A stretch of DNA of 64,000 nucleotides, taken from Macrostomum lignano (taxonomy: Eukaryota). Below the pieces are notes generated by a model that searched no databases, had not been told where the DNA came from, and saw only the letters and a list, made by a program, of their open reading frames with translations. This document shows, in pieces, positions 46,325 through 59,746 of this stretch (its first letter is position 1; each line of letters opens with the position of its first letter). The DNA lies in NCBI GenBank assembly GCA_002269645.1, contig NIVC01001659.1, forward strand, positions 62,001 through 126,000, given 5' to 3'. The position numbers and the translations under genes were made by a program.

Positions 46325-47788
46325 CAGTGAGCTGCGACTTCTTCCTCAGAATATCGGAGGAACTGAGTGCAAACTCATGGCTAACTTGCTCGTCGCTTGC
46401 GATTGGAACAATGCAATAAGCTCGCACCATTTTATGCAGCAACTGGCAAACAGCATTTACTATCATGCGGCATTTATTTCTTGTCAACTAACCTTACGTT
46501 GGTGCTTTATCGCTTTGCAAAAGCAATCTGGATTTTGCTTGGCTGTGCCACGGTGGATCATTGCGTCATCTTTCTTTACCTTATCTATGAGCATCCGTAC
46601 CGTAATTACGTCGCTAAAAGCTAAATAAACCTGACGTAGATATTCTACTATGGCCTTTATTTCAATCTTTAACATAGTGAGACAAAATTTTGAGTTTCAT
46701 TTTTCTAATATTTAATATTTTCCTAATTATTATAATTGGCGCCTACATGTGCGAGCAATGTACCTGATAGTTTCAGTTCAGGTATGCACTAGCAATCTGC
46801 GCTTCCGTTCGGGAGGCAACAAAGAAAGGAATAAAAATGTTTAAATAAGTTACATGCAGCTGTCTAAGCCTAAGATACCAGACCTCTTACGGATTTTTAG
46901 CTTTGGATCAAAGCATCTGAGCAACCCCCATATGAGCCTTGACATCTTAGCACTTCCCGGATGCGTCTTTTGCAATTGACATGACGACTCTTTATGGTTG
47001 GCATGGCATTGTATTAATGAGGAATGTAATTCTCACACAGGACTGTGCTGCACAGCATCTCTCATTAGGCGGACTCATTAGGCGGACTCATTGCCGCGCC
47101 GGTCAGTAAGCAGCTGTGAACTCACAGAAATTTAATTTACCCCCCCCCCATGCGACTGATTGCTGATTCTTCTATTGAGTGAAGAGGCTGCAGAGTTGCT
47201 TCTATGCTGCAAACTGCGCAAAGAAGTAGTCGCTGTCATGACAACCAGAAATGCCGGCTAGCATTTTTGTATATTTAAAATCGCCTATGCAGACGGATCC
47301 GGCGCACTTGTGCTAGAAAAAGCTGCTTGGTAAACTTCCCTAGCCGCGAGTTTTTCTCCATTGCCTAAATGGATGCATGAGCGCACTAACGGGAGCAGTG
47401 AGGAGCAAAAAAGCCTAAATTAAATTCCAACACGAGCCCACATGAGAGAAGAGTAGGACCGGGTTGCAGTAGACGCCTGCAGGGTTCCTTAACAGAATTA
47501 ATAATTCAAAGCAGTGGCAGCGCAAGGAGTTTCAGCTTCCATAACGCGGCTTCCTGCATGAGTAGCGAGCCCGAAGCAGCGATTGGTGGAGGGAGACCCG
47601 GCAGGGGCCGGTACCGCTGCAGTGAAGCCTGTGAGAAGCAGTCTTTCTGCAGACTGAAAGTTAAATTCTTGCCGATTTCAGGTAGAAAATTGGAAACCAG
47701 AAGTCATTATGGCATCTCATTCATAAATGCAACCAAATTTTTAACTAATTGCAACGCTTGCATCTTCTAGGTGAGGAAGCAGAGCAAG

Positions 47789-50700
47789 ATGGCATCCAGC
47801 GAGCAGCAGAAGCAGTCGCAGTCGGAGCTGAGCGACTCCCTCTTGCAGCAGCTCCGCGAGAATGCCCTCATCGCCTTCGCCCAGCAGACCACCGCGCACG
47901 GCCTGGTGCGCCTGACGCAGGGCTCCGGTCTGCGCCGCCTCATCTGGGCCCTGGCCATTGTGGGCGCCTGCATCGGCTTCTCCGTGCACCTTGCAGAGCT
48001 CGCTCAGCGGTACCTGAGCTACCCGGTGAGCACCGAGTTCTCCAACGAGGGCGCCGACTTCAAGTTTCCGACCGTGACCATCTGCCCGACCAACTTCATC
48101 ACATATTACAGCCCTGACATTGTTAGCAATTTCACAGTTAGTGGTGAGTTACGCTGACTCTTGAACTGCACATAAGCTTACAAATGTAGCTCGTATGCAC
48201 AATGCTTTCGTTCCAAAGAATATTTTTAGGAGTCCTGCGAAGTGTAAATTTCACATGAATTTTGGCGAAATTGAATGGACGATCACCATTGCTTGCTGTT
48301 GTTGAGCAACTTCCGACTGTTCCATAGTGGAGGCGCTTTCAACAGACAGTCAGGCTGCTGCATGCATGCTATTCATGCCGACTAGCGGTGCCCCACCACG
48401 TGGGCTCGCTCAAATTCTTGACTTACTTGACTTAGCTGCAGGGCAGTCCGAAGACGCAGCGGGGAGGCGAGAGTCGCCCATTCCGCTAGACCCTGGTGAC
48501 CCGCTTCAGCAATGGTGAGGGGCCAATCAGGGCGGTCCGCCAGTACGTCCTGCAGCGTTCTCTTCGTTTGGGAAGAAGGAGGCTCGTCTAGTTGCACGAA
48601 GGAACCGGACGAGCCGCGAGATGTTCTCAGGTCTACAAACGTCATCAATAGATGGGTTTGGGCCGAGGTGGTTTAGCTGCTCCCTGGTAAAGAACGGGCA
48701 TTGACAGACGAAATGCTGAGCATCTTCGTTTTCGCACTCGCAAAAAGGGCACAGTTCATTCCGGATGTCGCCCCGGAGAAAGCAGTGCTTAGCGAAGCAG
48801 CCATGCCCCGTGAGGGTCATAGCAAGATCCCGGATGTCTTTCCTGCTTTGGTTCAGAAGGACAGTTCGGAGCTTTCGGGATGGACGAGGGACTGCCGCAC
48901 GCGATTGGCGGCAGGTAGTGAGGTTCATCCATCTGTCCCTGTGCAGGGCGGAGGCCCAGGCATCAATGCTACGATTGATGGTGGCCGCAGGGATTGGAGC
49001 CAAGGGCAGGGGTCCCTGAAGGGAGCCGCCACTCCCTTGCTTTGCTAGCGAGTCGGCCAGATCGTTTCCAGGGAAACCCGCATGACATGGGATCCATTTG
49101 AGCTGGACAACATTTTTGCGTCCCAGCGCATTGAGCATCCGGACGCAGTCAGAGACCGTCCGGGAAGCCGTAGTGGTGTGACAGAGGGCCAGCAGAGCTG
49201 CCTGGCTGTCGGAGTGGTAAACGATAGTTTTACCGGAGGTATTTTTGCTGCAAAGCTCTGCAGCGCAAGAGCTGATAGCCAGGACCTCGTTCTGGAAGAC
49301 AGTAGAGAGTCTTCCAGTGTGCTGGGCATGCGTGGCGAGCACGCGGCCATTGATGAGAATGCAGACCCCAAAGCCGGAGAGACCGTCTTTTAGGGATCCG
49401 TCTGTGTAGCAGTGGATCTCCTGGGGATTCCAGTGGTCGTTAGCCTCCTCGCGGGGAGGAAGACTGACCTTGAATCGAAGACAGAGGTTGAGCGTGCGGG
49501 GTTCCCCGTCCGAAAGGACGTTGAGGCCGCCGCTCTCCTGCAAATCTTTGAGACAGAGGTCGGAGTGAGGCAGAAGCTTGCGCTTAGCCATTGCCCTCTG
49601 GGGCTTGAAAATGATGCCGGTGTCGATGAGACGCCGGGCTGCCTTGGCCGCCGCACTGCGGACGAAAATGTCCAGCGGAGGCAGGTCAAGGAAGGCGTTG
49701 AGGCCGTCGAAGGTAGCAGAGGGCGGGGCGCTCATTATCATTCGACAAGCGCGCCCCTGCACTCGTTAAGAGCCTCGAAGCAGGTCTTAATCTGCAGCTC
49801 ACTCGCCCAGATCATTCCGGCGTAGGAGATCGCCGGCCTGACCATAGCAGTGTAGATCCACCAGAGGCGTTTGGGGGTAAGGCCCCAAGTAGTGCCAACC
49901 GCCCTGCGCAGTTGCGCCAGGATCGCGAAGGCCTTTTTAGTCTTGGCATGAACATGCGGGGACCAGTTCAGCCTGTGATCAAGGGTGACCCCAAGACCCT
50001 TCAGCAATGGTGAGGGGCCGTTTCCGACTTGCTTACGAAAGGGGATTTCCTGTCCGTAGAGCGTGAGATGGTGGGATTGCCATTTCGTCCTGCTGGTGAA
50101 CATGACCACAGCGGTCTTAGTCTCGGAGAGCTTCAGACCGCATCGGTCCGCCCAACGTTCAGCAGTGTTAATGAAGTTCTGAAGGAGATCACACAGGGTG
50201 TCCGGCGATGGCCCAGAGGCTACCGCCGTGACATCGTCAGCATAACCAACCTTCAGAATAGGGTTAGGACAGGCATTCCGTAGAAGCTCGTCGATAACCA
50301 TATTCCAGAGAATTGGAGATAGGACACCACCTTGCGGACAGCCTTTGCAGACGGGAACCGTCCGTTCATGACCTAGCAGGTGTGCCGTAGCAGATCTGTG
50401 GCTAATTATGTACATGATCCACCGCGTGAGGTGAGACTGTGTCATTCTCGTTTGTAGAGCCCTTCGAAACGCCTCGAAGAGGACGTTGTCAAAGGCTCCC
50501 ACGATATCCAGGAAGACCGCTAGGGCATAGCCGTTGCCAAGCACAGCTTTCTCCAGCTTCTCCACCAGGATATGCAGCGCACTTTCGGTGGAGAGTCCTG
50601 CCCGAAAAGCGTGCTGGTTCTCGCTAAGCGGCATGTTCTTTAGCTCCACGGACTGCAGGCGCCAGAGCACCAGCCGTTCCATCAGTTTGACCATCGAGGA

Positions 50701-53700
50701 GGTCAAGCTGATTGGTCTAAAGGATTTAACAGAATGGTAGTCCGGGCGGCCGGGCTTAGGAATGAAAATTACCCTCGCCTCAGTCCACGGTTTCGGGACA
50801 TAACCAAACGTAATGCAGGCTTTGAGAATCTTGCAAAGGTGCGTGAGGAACCTCTTGCATTGGACCGCCTCTCTAATTAGGGCCGATACGATGCCGTCTG
50901 GTCCAGGCGCTTTATAAGGTTTGAAAGAGTTTGCAGCTTTCATGATGCGCTCCTTCATAATAAAGGAAGAGGCCAGAAACGGTGGAGCCTTCAGCATGGT
51001 CCGAGGGGTCATTTGCGAGGGCCTCATTTGGGAAGGAGGCTGAAAGCATAAGCTCCAGCGTCTCCCCAGGATTCTCGGTATGCGTGCCGTCGGCCCGCTT
51101 TACCGAGGAAAGTTTGGAAATTTTGTCCAAGTTCAGCGCTTTTACTATGCGGGATGTAGGGCGTGCGCCCTCCAGTTCCTCACAGTATTCGCTCCATTTG
51201 TTAGCCTTAGCGTTCATGACCTCCTTTTTGAACTCATGAATTGCTTCAAGGTAGGCGGTCTGGTCCGTTGGGCGTTTAGATTTGGTGGCCCTGCGATGTA
51301 ACCGTTTGGCTTTGCGGCGGAGGTCGCCAAGCTTAGGGTTCCACCTCGGGGCCGACGTTTTGCCCCTGTAGGCTTTAAGCGGGTAGGAGGCCTCGAAAGC
51401 GGAGGTTAGCGAGTCCGTGAGAACAGCCACATAAACCTCCGTTTCTTGGCAAGAGTCAATGGAGATCGGAAAGTAGGAGTCCCGAAGGGTTGAATCCAGG
51501 GTGAACTTTAAGGCCTCCCAATCAGTGTTCCTAGCATTCCGTCTCCAGATGATATGGTCATTGCGCTGTGCGCTGGTCACGTTAAAGGAGATGAGCTTGT
51601 GGTCAGAGAGAGACGCCACAGGAAGGACCTGCCACTCATCAATTCTCTGGTAGAGTCTTGGTGTGGCAAGAGTGGCATCGATGACCTCCGCCCAACGCCC
51701 GGATGTTGCCTGAGTTGCAGAACTCGAGCGTTGTGGAGGCAACATAGGTCAGGAGGTCTTCGCCTCTCTGATTAATGTTTGTGCTGCCCCAGTGAGTATG
51801 GTGAGCATTTATAACGCCAGCAACCATTAGCTCGTAGTTTCTGGCAGAACAGAGTTCCACCAGTGAGATAAGCTCCTCCGAGACAACAACCTTGTCGCCC
51901 GGTAAGTAAACCGAGGCGATCAGCTGGTCGTCTTTCCCGGTAGGAGATTTTCCGTTTGAATGACGCAGAGGTCCCTATTTGAAAGGTCTCCTCTGATCCA
52001 GGCATTTAAGGAGTTTACCACGTAGATGCAAGCTCTCGGTGGTAGTGTTCCGTCCCTAGGGCACGTGCTAAAACACTGATACCCACCGGGCACGTGTTGG
52101 GGCTTTCCTTTAAAGGTCCAGGGTTCTTGGACTAGGATAAGACCCGGCTTGTCGCGCTCGGCATGCCTCATTAGGTTCACCGAAGCTGCGACGCTGTGCT
52201 GCAGATTTATCTGCAGATATTTGATCCCTGTCGCATTACTAGGCATGGCTAGTTGCTCGGGGATTCACGTAGCAGCTCCTCCTCCATTTCTTCCGAAATG
52301 GAGGGTCTGCTGACCTCCATGGGCTCCTCATCATCCACAGCGTGCGGCGCAGAGAGGGTGGTGGTGCCACCAGCTGGCGAGAGCCTGGACCGCTTGGCTT
52401 CACCTTCCTCATCCTGTGCCGCAGCGTGAACGTTGGGGGAGTCCTGAACCGAGCCGGTGGGTAGGTCATGGTGGACGGCGGTTTCTGCCTGATGGCTGGA
52501 TTCCTCACCCCAGTCAGTGCCCGCCGCACCATCACTTCCTGACCCACACAGTCCGGTTTGAGGAGGGTCTTTTTTTGGCGCGTCGACGCTCCAGGTGTTC
52601 CCGAAGGTCATGGGCCTGCGCTAGCGCACGCTGAACCAGGCCCGACTTGCGAATGCTGCGGGCAGGTTTGCGATGGCGCGGGGCAGATTCGGCAGCACGA
52701 ACTGCCTTATTTGGGTGGGGATCCACCAACAGGTTTTGGGCAGCCGCGTCCTTTCCCTTAAAAGGTGCGGTGCGCTTAGTCGGCTTAGCTTCAGCCTTAC
52801 CTTCCTCGCATCGGAGGAAAGTCAGCTGATGCAGGCCGATGCAGATAGTGGTCTTGTGCGGAACCTGCTTAGACCATTCGTCAGAGAGCCCCATGATCGC
52901 CGTAAAACCCCCCGCACCTTTCTGGGCGGAGCCATGGCAGTAGAGCTCACTGGCGTTAAGGTCAGGGAAGCGCTTGAGCATGAGAAGCCTCAGCTGCTCC
53001 CCAGACTTGATGGCGCTCATGGCCGGGATCCAAACACGGTAGCGTTCGGTCCTCTTGCGTTCGCCTTCAGAGGCGAAAAATAGCTTGGCGAGCTCCTTCT
53101 TCCACTTAAGGCGGGGAAGTAGCTCGCGAAGCCGGCGGCTGTTTTCCTCTGATGAGCACCAGAGAAAAATGCAGCCGTCAGTCTTGGCTGATTTCACCAC
53201 CTCCACGGAGATGCCCTCCATGGTGAGGTCGATGAGCCCAGCGTCGATGATGCGCTCGGTGGCCGGAAGGTTGCGCTCCTCGCCGAGAATGATGGTGGCC
53301 GGTGGGAGTGCAGTCCGTTGAACCTTGGAGGCGTAGCTCTCCTTGGTCTTGGTCTTGGTGGTGGCTTACGCGGCAGTTCCCGAGGGTCCGGCCGCTGTAG
53401 CCTGGTTGGCGGCATGCTGAGAGGTGGAGGTGCCCTTGAGGGAGGCAGAGCCAGCGGCAGAGTCTTTCGGCTCCACCGCGGCCCCATCCTCACCATGGGG
53501 CTTCTCCGACGCAGCACCGCCAGCCGACTGTGCCGAATCCGCAGCAGCTTTTTGTCGCCGCCACTCGATCTTGCGCGCCTGGCGGTTGCGTCGGGCTTCA
53601 GCGGAGCGACCGCCATGGCGGTTTCGCCTGCGCCCTGTGCGCGACTCACCACCGGCAGCGCCGGCAGTGGTGTCGATCTTGTCCCCACCAGTCGGGCTGG

Positions 53701-56700
53701 GCGGGGCAGAGTTGGAGCTGCCTTTGGAGAAAAGAAGAGAGGTAAGAAAAAAGCCGCTCGCGACTGGACTACTCCCCAGCCAAGAACCCATAGGCACGGC
53801 AGACACCGAAGGCTTGGAGTGCACTTTTGGGTGTGCAAGAGCCTGCAGGCTGGCTGCATACCCTATAAGGTCAAAGGGTAGCACCTCTACCTCAAAGCCG
53901 TAGCCAGAGGCACCTGATAGCGCACAGGTACGCGAAACTGCGGACTGGCCGCATACCCTGTAAGGTCAAAGGGGTAGCACCTCTACCTCAAAGCCGTAGC
54001 CAGAGGCACCTGATAGCGCACAGGTACGCGCACCGGGAGAACCCGTACCCTAGCGGCTTGGCCAAGGCCAAAGCCCCGGAAGGGTGGCCGGCGCTAGGGT
54101 CTGTCCAGTGGCCCTAGGGTCCACCTTGAACACCCGCGGGGCGTGTACCCCTGGGTCGGCTAGTGATGCAGCATGGAAATTGGATCTCCAGCCATGCCTG
54201 CTTTGGAGAGGGGAAGCAGGTGTAAAAAATCGCAGACCATAGCCCGTGGGCCTAGTCTGGCTCATATTTCACAGGCGTGCTGGATCACTGCTGCGAGCTC
54301 GCTCAAATTCACACCACCATCAAATCTTACCATGAACAAAAATCTTGCTTTTTTTTCCTTTTAGCCAACTAACAAACTAAAGCTTTTTATTCTGTGCGAT
54401 GCACTTTAAACACTGCAAGCATGAGCAACAACGCTGCACTTCAGGGCACCCAGAGGCCTGGGTGACATGATCTTCGATATACCGAGGATGTACCATCTGC
54501 TGCAGCAGGCGGACTGGAACGTGTCTATGCCTGTCCAGGCCTACAGCTCCTATCAGGATGGCAAGCTGGCCCTCAGAGCTCTGGCCTATCGTCAGATGCT
54601 GTTCCAGCAGCCCTATGAGACCGTCATTTACTGCCGATACAACTCGGAGCTGTGCTCATTTAAAAACTTCACCATCTACAAGGACGAGAGTAGGTTAGTG
54701 AAATCTGAAGTCAGAAAAAAGTGCGATCTTTTGCTTACTTGATGTCACGAAAATGATGAGTCTGTAGGTACGGAGGGAATACTACGTAAGTAAGAGTATT
54801 GATTGGTTTGTGTCAATTCATCAGGCTTGCATGTACTCCAGAGGTTTCAGCTGGGATTGCCACGGTCCAGGTAGTTCCAAGCTGAAAAGAACTTAGAAAA
54901 TTCAAATTAAATTGCTTATCGGACTTTCAGATTCTTGTGCATGTCCTTCAACCCGACAAACCGAACGCTCGTGCGCTCTGGCGAAGGCAACGGCCTCTAC
55001 CTGGTGCTGTTTAACTACGGCAAAACGTTTCTAACGGAGGAAGAGCAGATTGACAATGTTCCCGGCTTCCGAGTCGCTTTGCACGAGAAAGGTCAGCTTA
55101 AATTTTCTCGATTTTACTAGTGGCTCTCAATTTTGCACATGGATTTGGAATTCGTCTAAACTGACCATCGGAACAACTATTTAAAATCCCGCACCGCATC
55201 TTCTGATGGTATACAGTTCTATCTGATATTTTAATATTGAGCAAGCCAATAGAAACATCGCAACCCGTTTTTTCCTTGGAGGCTTCAAAGCCGATTTGAA
55301 CTCCGGATTCACGGTTCCATTCGGCTACAAGACCTCGGCTGAGGTGACGGTGCGGACCGACACGAAACTGAATCGGGAAGCCGCGCCGTGCAGCGATGTC
55401 CTGCCGAACGCCAGCTACACTGTGGACTTCTCCTGGCCCGACGGCTTTGAAAATCAGAGCTTTTTTGGCAGCACTCGCGACTGCATCACGCGACTCATGC
55501 AGGAGGAGTTCAAGGCCACCTGCAGCTGTCTGGGGACTCACCTGGCGCTCCCCAGCGACCTCATGAGCGACACTGGCGTGTGCCACTCGCTACCCGAAGA
55601 AGTGCGACCGACAGAAAAGTTGGATTACTGTACTTTTGAAAAGATTAGTGTCAAGTGCTCGTTCGAGCTACTCGCCATGAGCCACTAAAGCACAACGGGC
55701 GCTGCACTCGCAAATCCTGCAAATTTCGCTCGAGACCGGTTTTTGCTGCACAATGTATTGCTGAGATAGAAAATTGTCAGTGTTTTTTGCACTATTTGCA
55801 CCTTCTGGAGTGTATGCAAGTGTAGCAAGTGTATGTTTCGTTTCGAGGTTTAATCAGAAGTTTGCTGAGAATAAGTTGGAACAAAGATCATTAGAAAGCG
55901 ATAACACTCTTAGAAAGCAGTGTTTTCTAAGAGAATGTCGTCAGGATTTGCTTTTTGCAGTCTAGAAACTTCGAGCGGAACACAAACTTGTTTCACTTGG
56001 GATCTGGATGAGCAGAATTTGAGAAATTTTGAATTCAGTGCTAAATAACTGAAAACTTTCCGTCTTGCCAATGTATTCTGCAGTGAAAACCGACCTCCAG
56101 TGGTTTGTGAGAGATTTGCGATCGTAAAATTCTTCTGCTTCACCTGTCCATGAACCCGCATACATCATCTGTGCAATCTCGATCACTTCTGCTTCACCTG
56201 TCCATGAACCTGCATACATCATCTGTGCAATCTCGATCACTTCTGCTTCAGTTGTCCGTGGTACCTGCATACATACATTATTTGTGAAATCTGGATCACT
56301 TCTGCTTCACCTGTCCATGAACCCGCATACATAATCCGTGCAATCTCGATCAATCCTAAACAATTTCTCCGCTTCAGCTGTTTTTCTTCGACATTTTCTA
56401 CAAGACGAACGAGTACAAGCTGAGGGAGTACAAGATAACCAACAGCACATGGGAATGGATCAGCCTGGCCAGCTACCTGCTGTCCAACTGGCAGGTGTAC
56501 AATGCCACCGCCAATATGATTGCTTGTTACCGTAGGGTTCGATACCGCCAAGAGACGCAAGGCGTAGCGACCACGAGGTGTCCGGTCCGGTGCAGCAACA
56601 CGCGCTATGGGGTGGCCACCAGCCTAGCGGCTTGGCCGCGCGAGTCCTCCAAGGCCGCGTCAGCACTGCGGGGCTACGCGCAGGACATCAGAGCTTCAAT

Positions 56701-57491
56701 CGCTGGCACAAATCTGTCCGATTACCGACTCAAGGTACTGTACAGGTACTCTTCCAGAATGATCTCAGAAAAGTTCATCAGCGTGCTGGATCTGTACCCT
56801 CAGTCCACAAGCGCCACCGTGTCCACGGAGTCCTGGGCCTACCCGCTGCGCAACTTGTTCTCCGACTTGGGTGGCATTTTGGGTGAGAGTTCCACTTCTG
56901 GGTGCTTCCGCGCGTCGTCCGTGTGCATGAGTCCGTGTGCATGAGTCCGTGTGCATGAGTCCGTGTGCATGAGTCCGTGTGCATGAGTCCGTGTGCATGA
57001 GTCCGTGTGCATGGGTTTTACGACGCGTCCATATATATTTCCAGTCTTTCAGTCCAGGTTGATAAGGTTCATCAGATTTTCAATCAAGAATTAAAATTAC
57101 GTCTCTAACAAGAGAATCGTGAAGCCACAAGAATTGTTTGCTTCGGTTTGTTTCGCCAGGCCTCTGGGTTGGCGTATCGGTGATCACCTTGCTGGAGCTG
57201 CTGGAGCTCGTCGTGCAGCTGGGCTACTTATCGGCGCTCCGGTTGCACAGCGCCAGCGCGCAAGTTCAGCCGCGCCCAGCCGCTCAATCGGATTTCTTGG
57301 AAAACTCGCTCCGCGACATCTACGCGTCGGGCGAAGCGAAGGCGGAGAGTCCTGACGGGCAGTCGGAGCTGCAGCTGCACATCTCGCTGCCGCCGAAGCC
57401 TCAGGGGGTCCCGCCGGACGGCTCCGATGGCGGTCGGGGCTTCTCCGAGCAGTACAATCCGTCCTGGTTCCAGCGAATCTTCTCTATATAA
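47789..57491 (+). CDS. DEG/ENaC (ASIC/FaNaC-like) amiloride-sensitive channel, paralog 1. Exons approximately 47789-48144, 54445-54691, 54931-55091, 55280-55602, 56379-56883, 57160-57491
   Basis: TTAHG gating motif, TM1, YLSYPVST...FPTVTIC, YCRYNSELC, GNGLYLVL, GFRVALH, Cys-rich thumb, and LFSDLGGILGLWVGVSVITLLE (TM2 and selectivity filter). Confidence 0.92.
48527..52246 (-). pseudogene. LINE ORF2: APE endonuclease, reverse transcriptase, RNase H and CCHC, split over five reading frames
   Basis: QINLQHS...LVQEPW; NAHHTHWGS.NIN.RGE; SDH..I; KAPGPDG; FRPISLTS; FLDIVGAFD; GCPQGGVLSP.LW; YADD; YTDGS...EVLAI...SDSQAAL...WIPCH...GN..AD.LAK; CPFC....H..C. Confidence 0.93.
52249..53884 (-). pseudogene. 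LINE ORF1 (frameshifted), basic/low-complexity N-terminus
   Basis: Lies upstream of ORF2 in the same orientation. The RYRVWIP...LMLKRFPDL segment recalls LOA-type ORF1 (DUF4780-like, from memory). Confidence 0.65.
56130..56350. repeat. 54-bp intronic tandem repeat (about 4 copies)
   Basis: Unit atcacttctgcttcacctgtccatgaacccgcatacatcatctgtgcaatctcg. Confidence 0.88.
56925..57012. repeat. 14-bp minisatellite (GTCCGTGTGCATGA)n
   Basis: Direct reading. Confidence 0.93.
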
Positions 57492-59746
57492 ATGTAACAG
57501 AAATTTGTAGAAGCGTTTTTACCTTTGGCAAAATCAGGCCCCTTGCTGCTAACCTACTGCGGCGCTAACCAAATAACAAAAGTTTGCAGAGACGCAAAGC
57601 TTTTTAATTGGCAAAATCGCGTACTTAAAACTTGTATATAATGTTGTGTCCCGAGACGGACCAGCCAGCTTTGTCTCGCGCTCTGCACGAGCAGGGAGAC
57701 TCAGCCCAGTCCTGCTGCTTGCCAACCCACTGTCGCACAAACGCGCAGGCAGAAGGCCGGCAACCAGGGTCGCAGCGAACGCACAGGCCCTGGTGACGAT
57801 GACCTAATGGAGCTAGAGCCCAAATAACAAAAGCAGAACGATACTTACTGGGGCGTAGGTTGCTCACTCGGTGCTCAAAGCGTCTATGTTGAATACGGTT
57901 GCTAGCACGATTGTATATTGTTTTTATTGGTTATGGTCGGAGCGGCGAAGGAGCCAGAGGAGAAACGATCAAAAGGGCCAGCGAGGGGGAGGGGCCAAAA
58001 GCGCACACCAATAAATATGTCAGTACAACATGGGGTGGGGCAAAAGCTGCAGGGTAAGAGAAAAGGCGGGGTGGGCAGAGAGAGCGAGCGGGGATTGGCT
58101 GCAGCCACACCGAACGCGACTGGGGGTAGAAAACAAGAATTGCAGATAACAGCGACAGCCAATGAGAGGGCACGGAGGGGGAGGAATAATAATAATCAGG
58201 GGTGAGAAAATCGTAGACAAAGGCTAAACAACTACAATAATAATTCATCAATTGATTAGGTCTAGTGCAGTGGCACCAAAATTAAATAAGTACTTTATGA
58301 AAATAGCTCACAAGTTGCTAGCATGGAAGGGGTGGGGAGGGTTGGCAGAGGGAGAGAGAGAGCAACCGTATGGGCAACTACATTGAGTTACCAATTCACA
58401 ACAATAAATTGATTTTGCGTTTTTAAAAGATCCCAGAAGCGCCATTAGCAGCATCCTCCCAAACAGAGCCTGGCCGAGGCAAAGCCTGAGCATGCGGGTT
58501 TGGGGAGGCCGCTCAGTTTTGGGCGGCTTTTGCTTCCACGGGAACAATAACTGGCCAGCAAGTTTGGAAAGCCCGTGCACTTAAAATGTAGTCAACAATA
58601 ACAGATGAAAATAGCTGCATTGAGTGCGTCAACTACTCTCGGATGTAAACAAGCGGCGCCAATCAATCAAAATAGACTCAAATTGATTACTAAAGTTGGA
58701 AATTCGCCGCATAGCATTTAGCCACGCGGCAGATTCTGTCTGCAATGCCCCCAATGCTAAGTCAGTCTTAATAAAGAGATTTACCCGATGAAAACATTTC
58801 GGTAGTAACTGCATATCAAATGCATATTTTTCTTGTACGAGCCGAGCCGTAGGTTTTCTTTTCTAAATACATGCAGGGGTATATCGGTTAGCCATTAATT
58901 CATGCATATGACGAGTCGCTTTGTCTCGGTCAAATCTCGGTTGGCAAATCTCGACGGGCAAATCTTCTGCGGGCAATTCTCGTGCTCCCTATACATGTAT
59001 CTAACTCGGGGAACAAGCAAGCAGTCGTGAGGATTACTTGCTGTATGGGAGTGTATCCACCTATAGTGAGCTGATTCTCCAATAACTACAGAGGCGTTTC
59101 TAAAGCTTTTTTTACGAAGACCCAAAAGTTTTTTTATTTTCCAAATCATTTTGTTGTGCAAGATTCTGCTGTAGCAAAAGCTTCATTCGCTCGTGGTCAC
59201 CGACAGCCAAAGGAGGGATGCTTTGTAGATTCTTCTCGGGTGGCAATGTTGCAATGGAGTACACGGATGTGATGAATTTCGCAGTGTCTGTTTAGCTATT
59301 TCTACTTCATTCTTCTCGGAGCTCACAGCGTTTTCACACACTTCGTAGCTGCATTTTATTGAAGTTTATTGAAATATTATAGGCGTAAAGTCTGTACAGG
59401 GCACAATATTGGAGATCTGCTCTGTTTTAATTAGCAAATTTTAATGCTTTTTTTCTGCCTGCTTAACTACCCGTATATGATACTGTAAAACTCAAAGTGA
59501 GGCTGACATCACTATTGATATGCCGCGCTCATCATGGCTATTTGCCAGCAACATCTGCATCCCCTGCAGTAATTTCCTATTCCTATTTGCTTATTATAAA
59601 TAGGCAGAAATCTCATTTGACTCTTATCTGGGGAGTGGGATTGTTGGACTCATTTTAATTGAATGTGTGGGCTTTATATCAGAACTGCGCCATTAGCTTC
59701 GAGACCGCGGCTCCCAGTCAGACATTTCAATCCATCTCGCATCCAA

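Larger units (their letters stand above)
48418..54296 (-). mobile_element. Full-length LOA/Lian-clade non-LTR retrotransposon (about 5.9 kb) in DEG/ENaC intron 1
   Basis: 14-bp TSD gctcgctcaaattc at 48404-17 and 54297-310; (TAAGTCAAG)2 tail; ORF1 plus an APE-RT-RNase H ORF2. Confidence 0.9.

Noticed and set aside
48418-48500. HDV-like ribozyme at the LINE 3' end (CCTCC(T/C)CGC resembles the HDV L3 loop; GCTAA resembles J4/2)
   Set aside because: P1 and P2 pairings are not conserved across the three copies, the putative catalytic C is T in one of them, and 3' placement would cut off the tail; kept only as a structured tail.
49045-53903. Plus-strand and alternative-frame ORFs overlapping the LINE
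   Set aside because: Antisense shadows of GC-rich retrotransposon coding sequence, with no recognisable motifs.
57838-57900. U1 snRNA (ATACTTAC-TGG start)
   Set aside because: Similarity ends after about 11 nt, with no stem-loops or Sm site recognisable.
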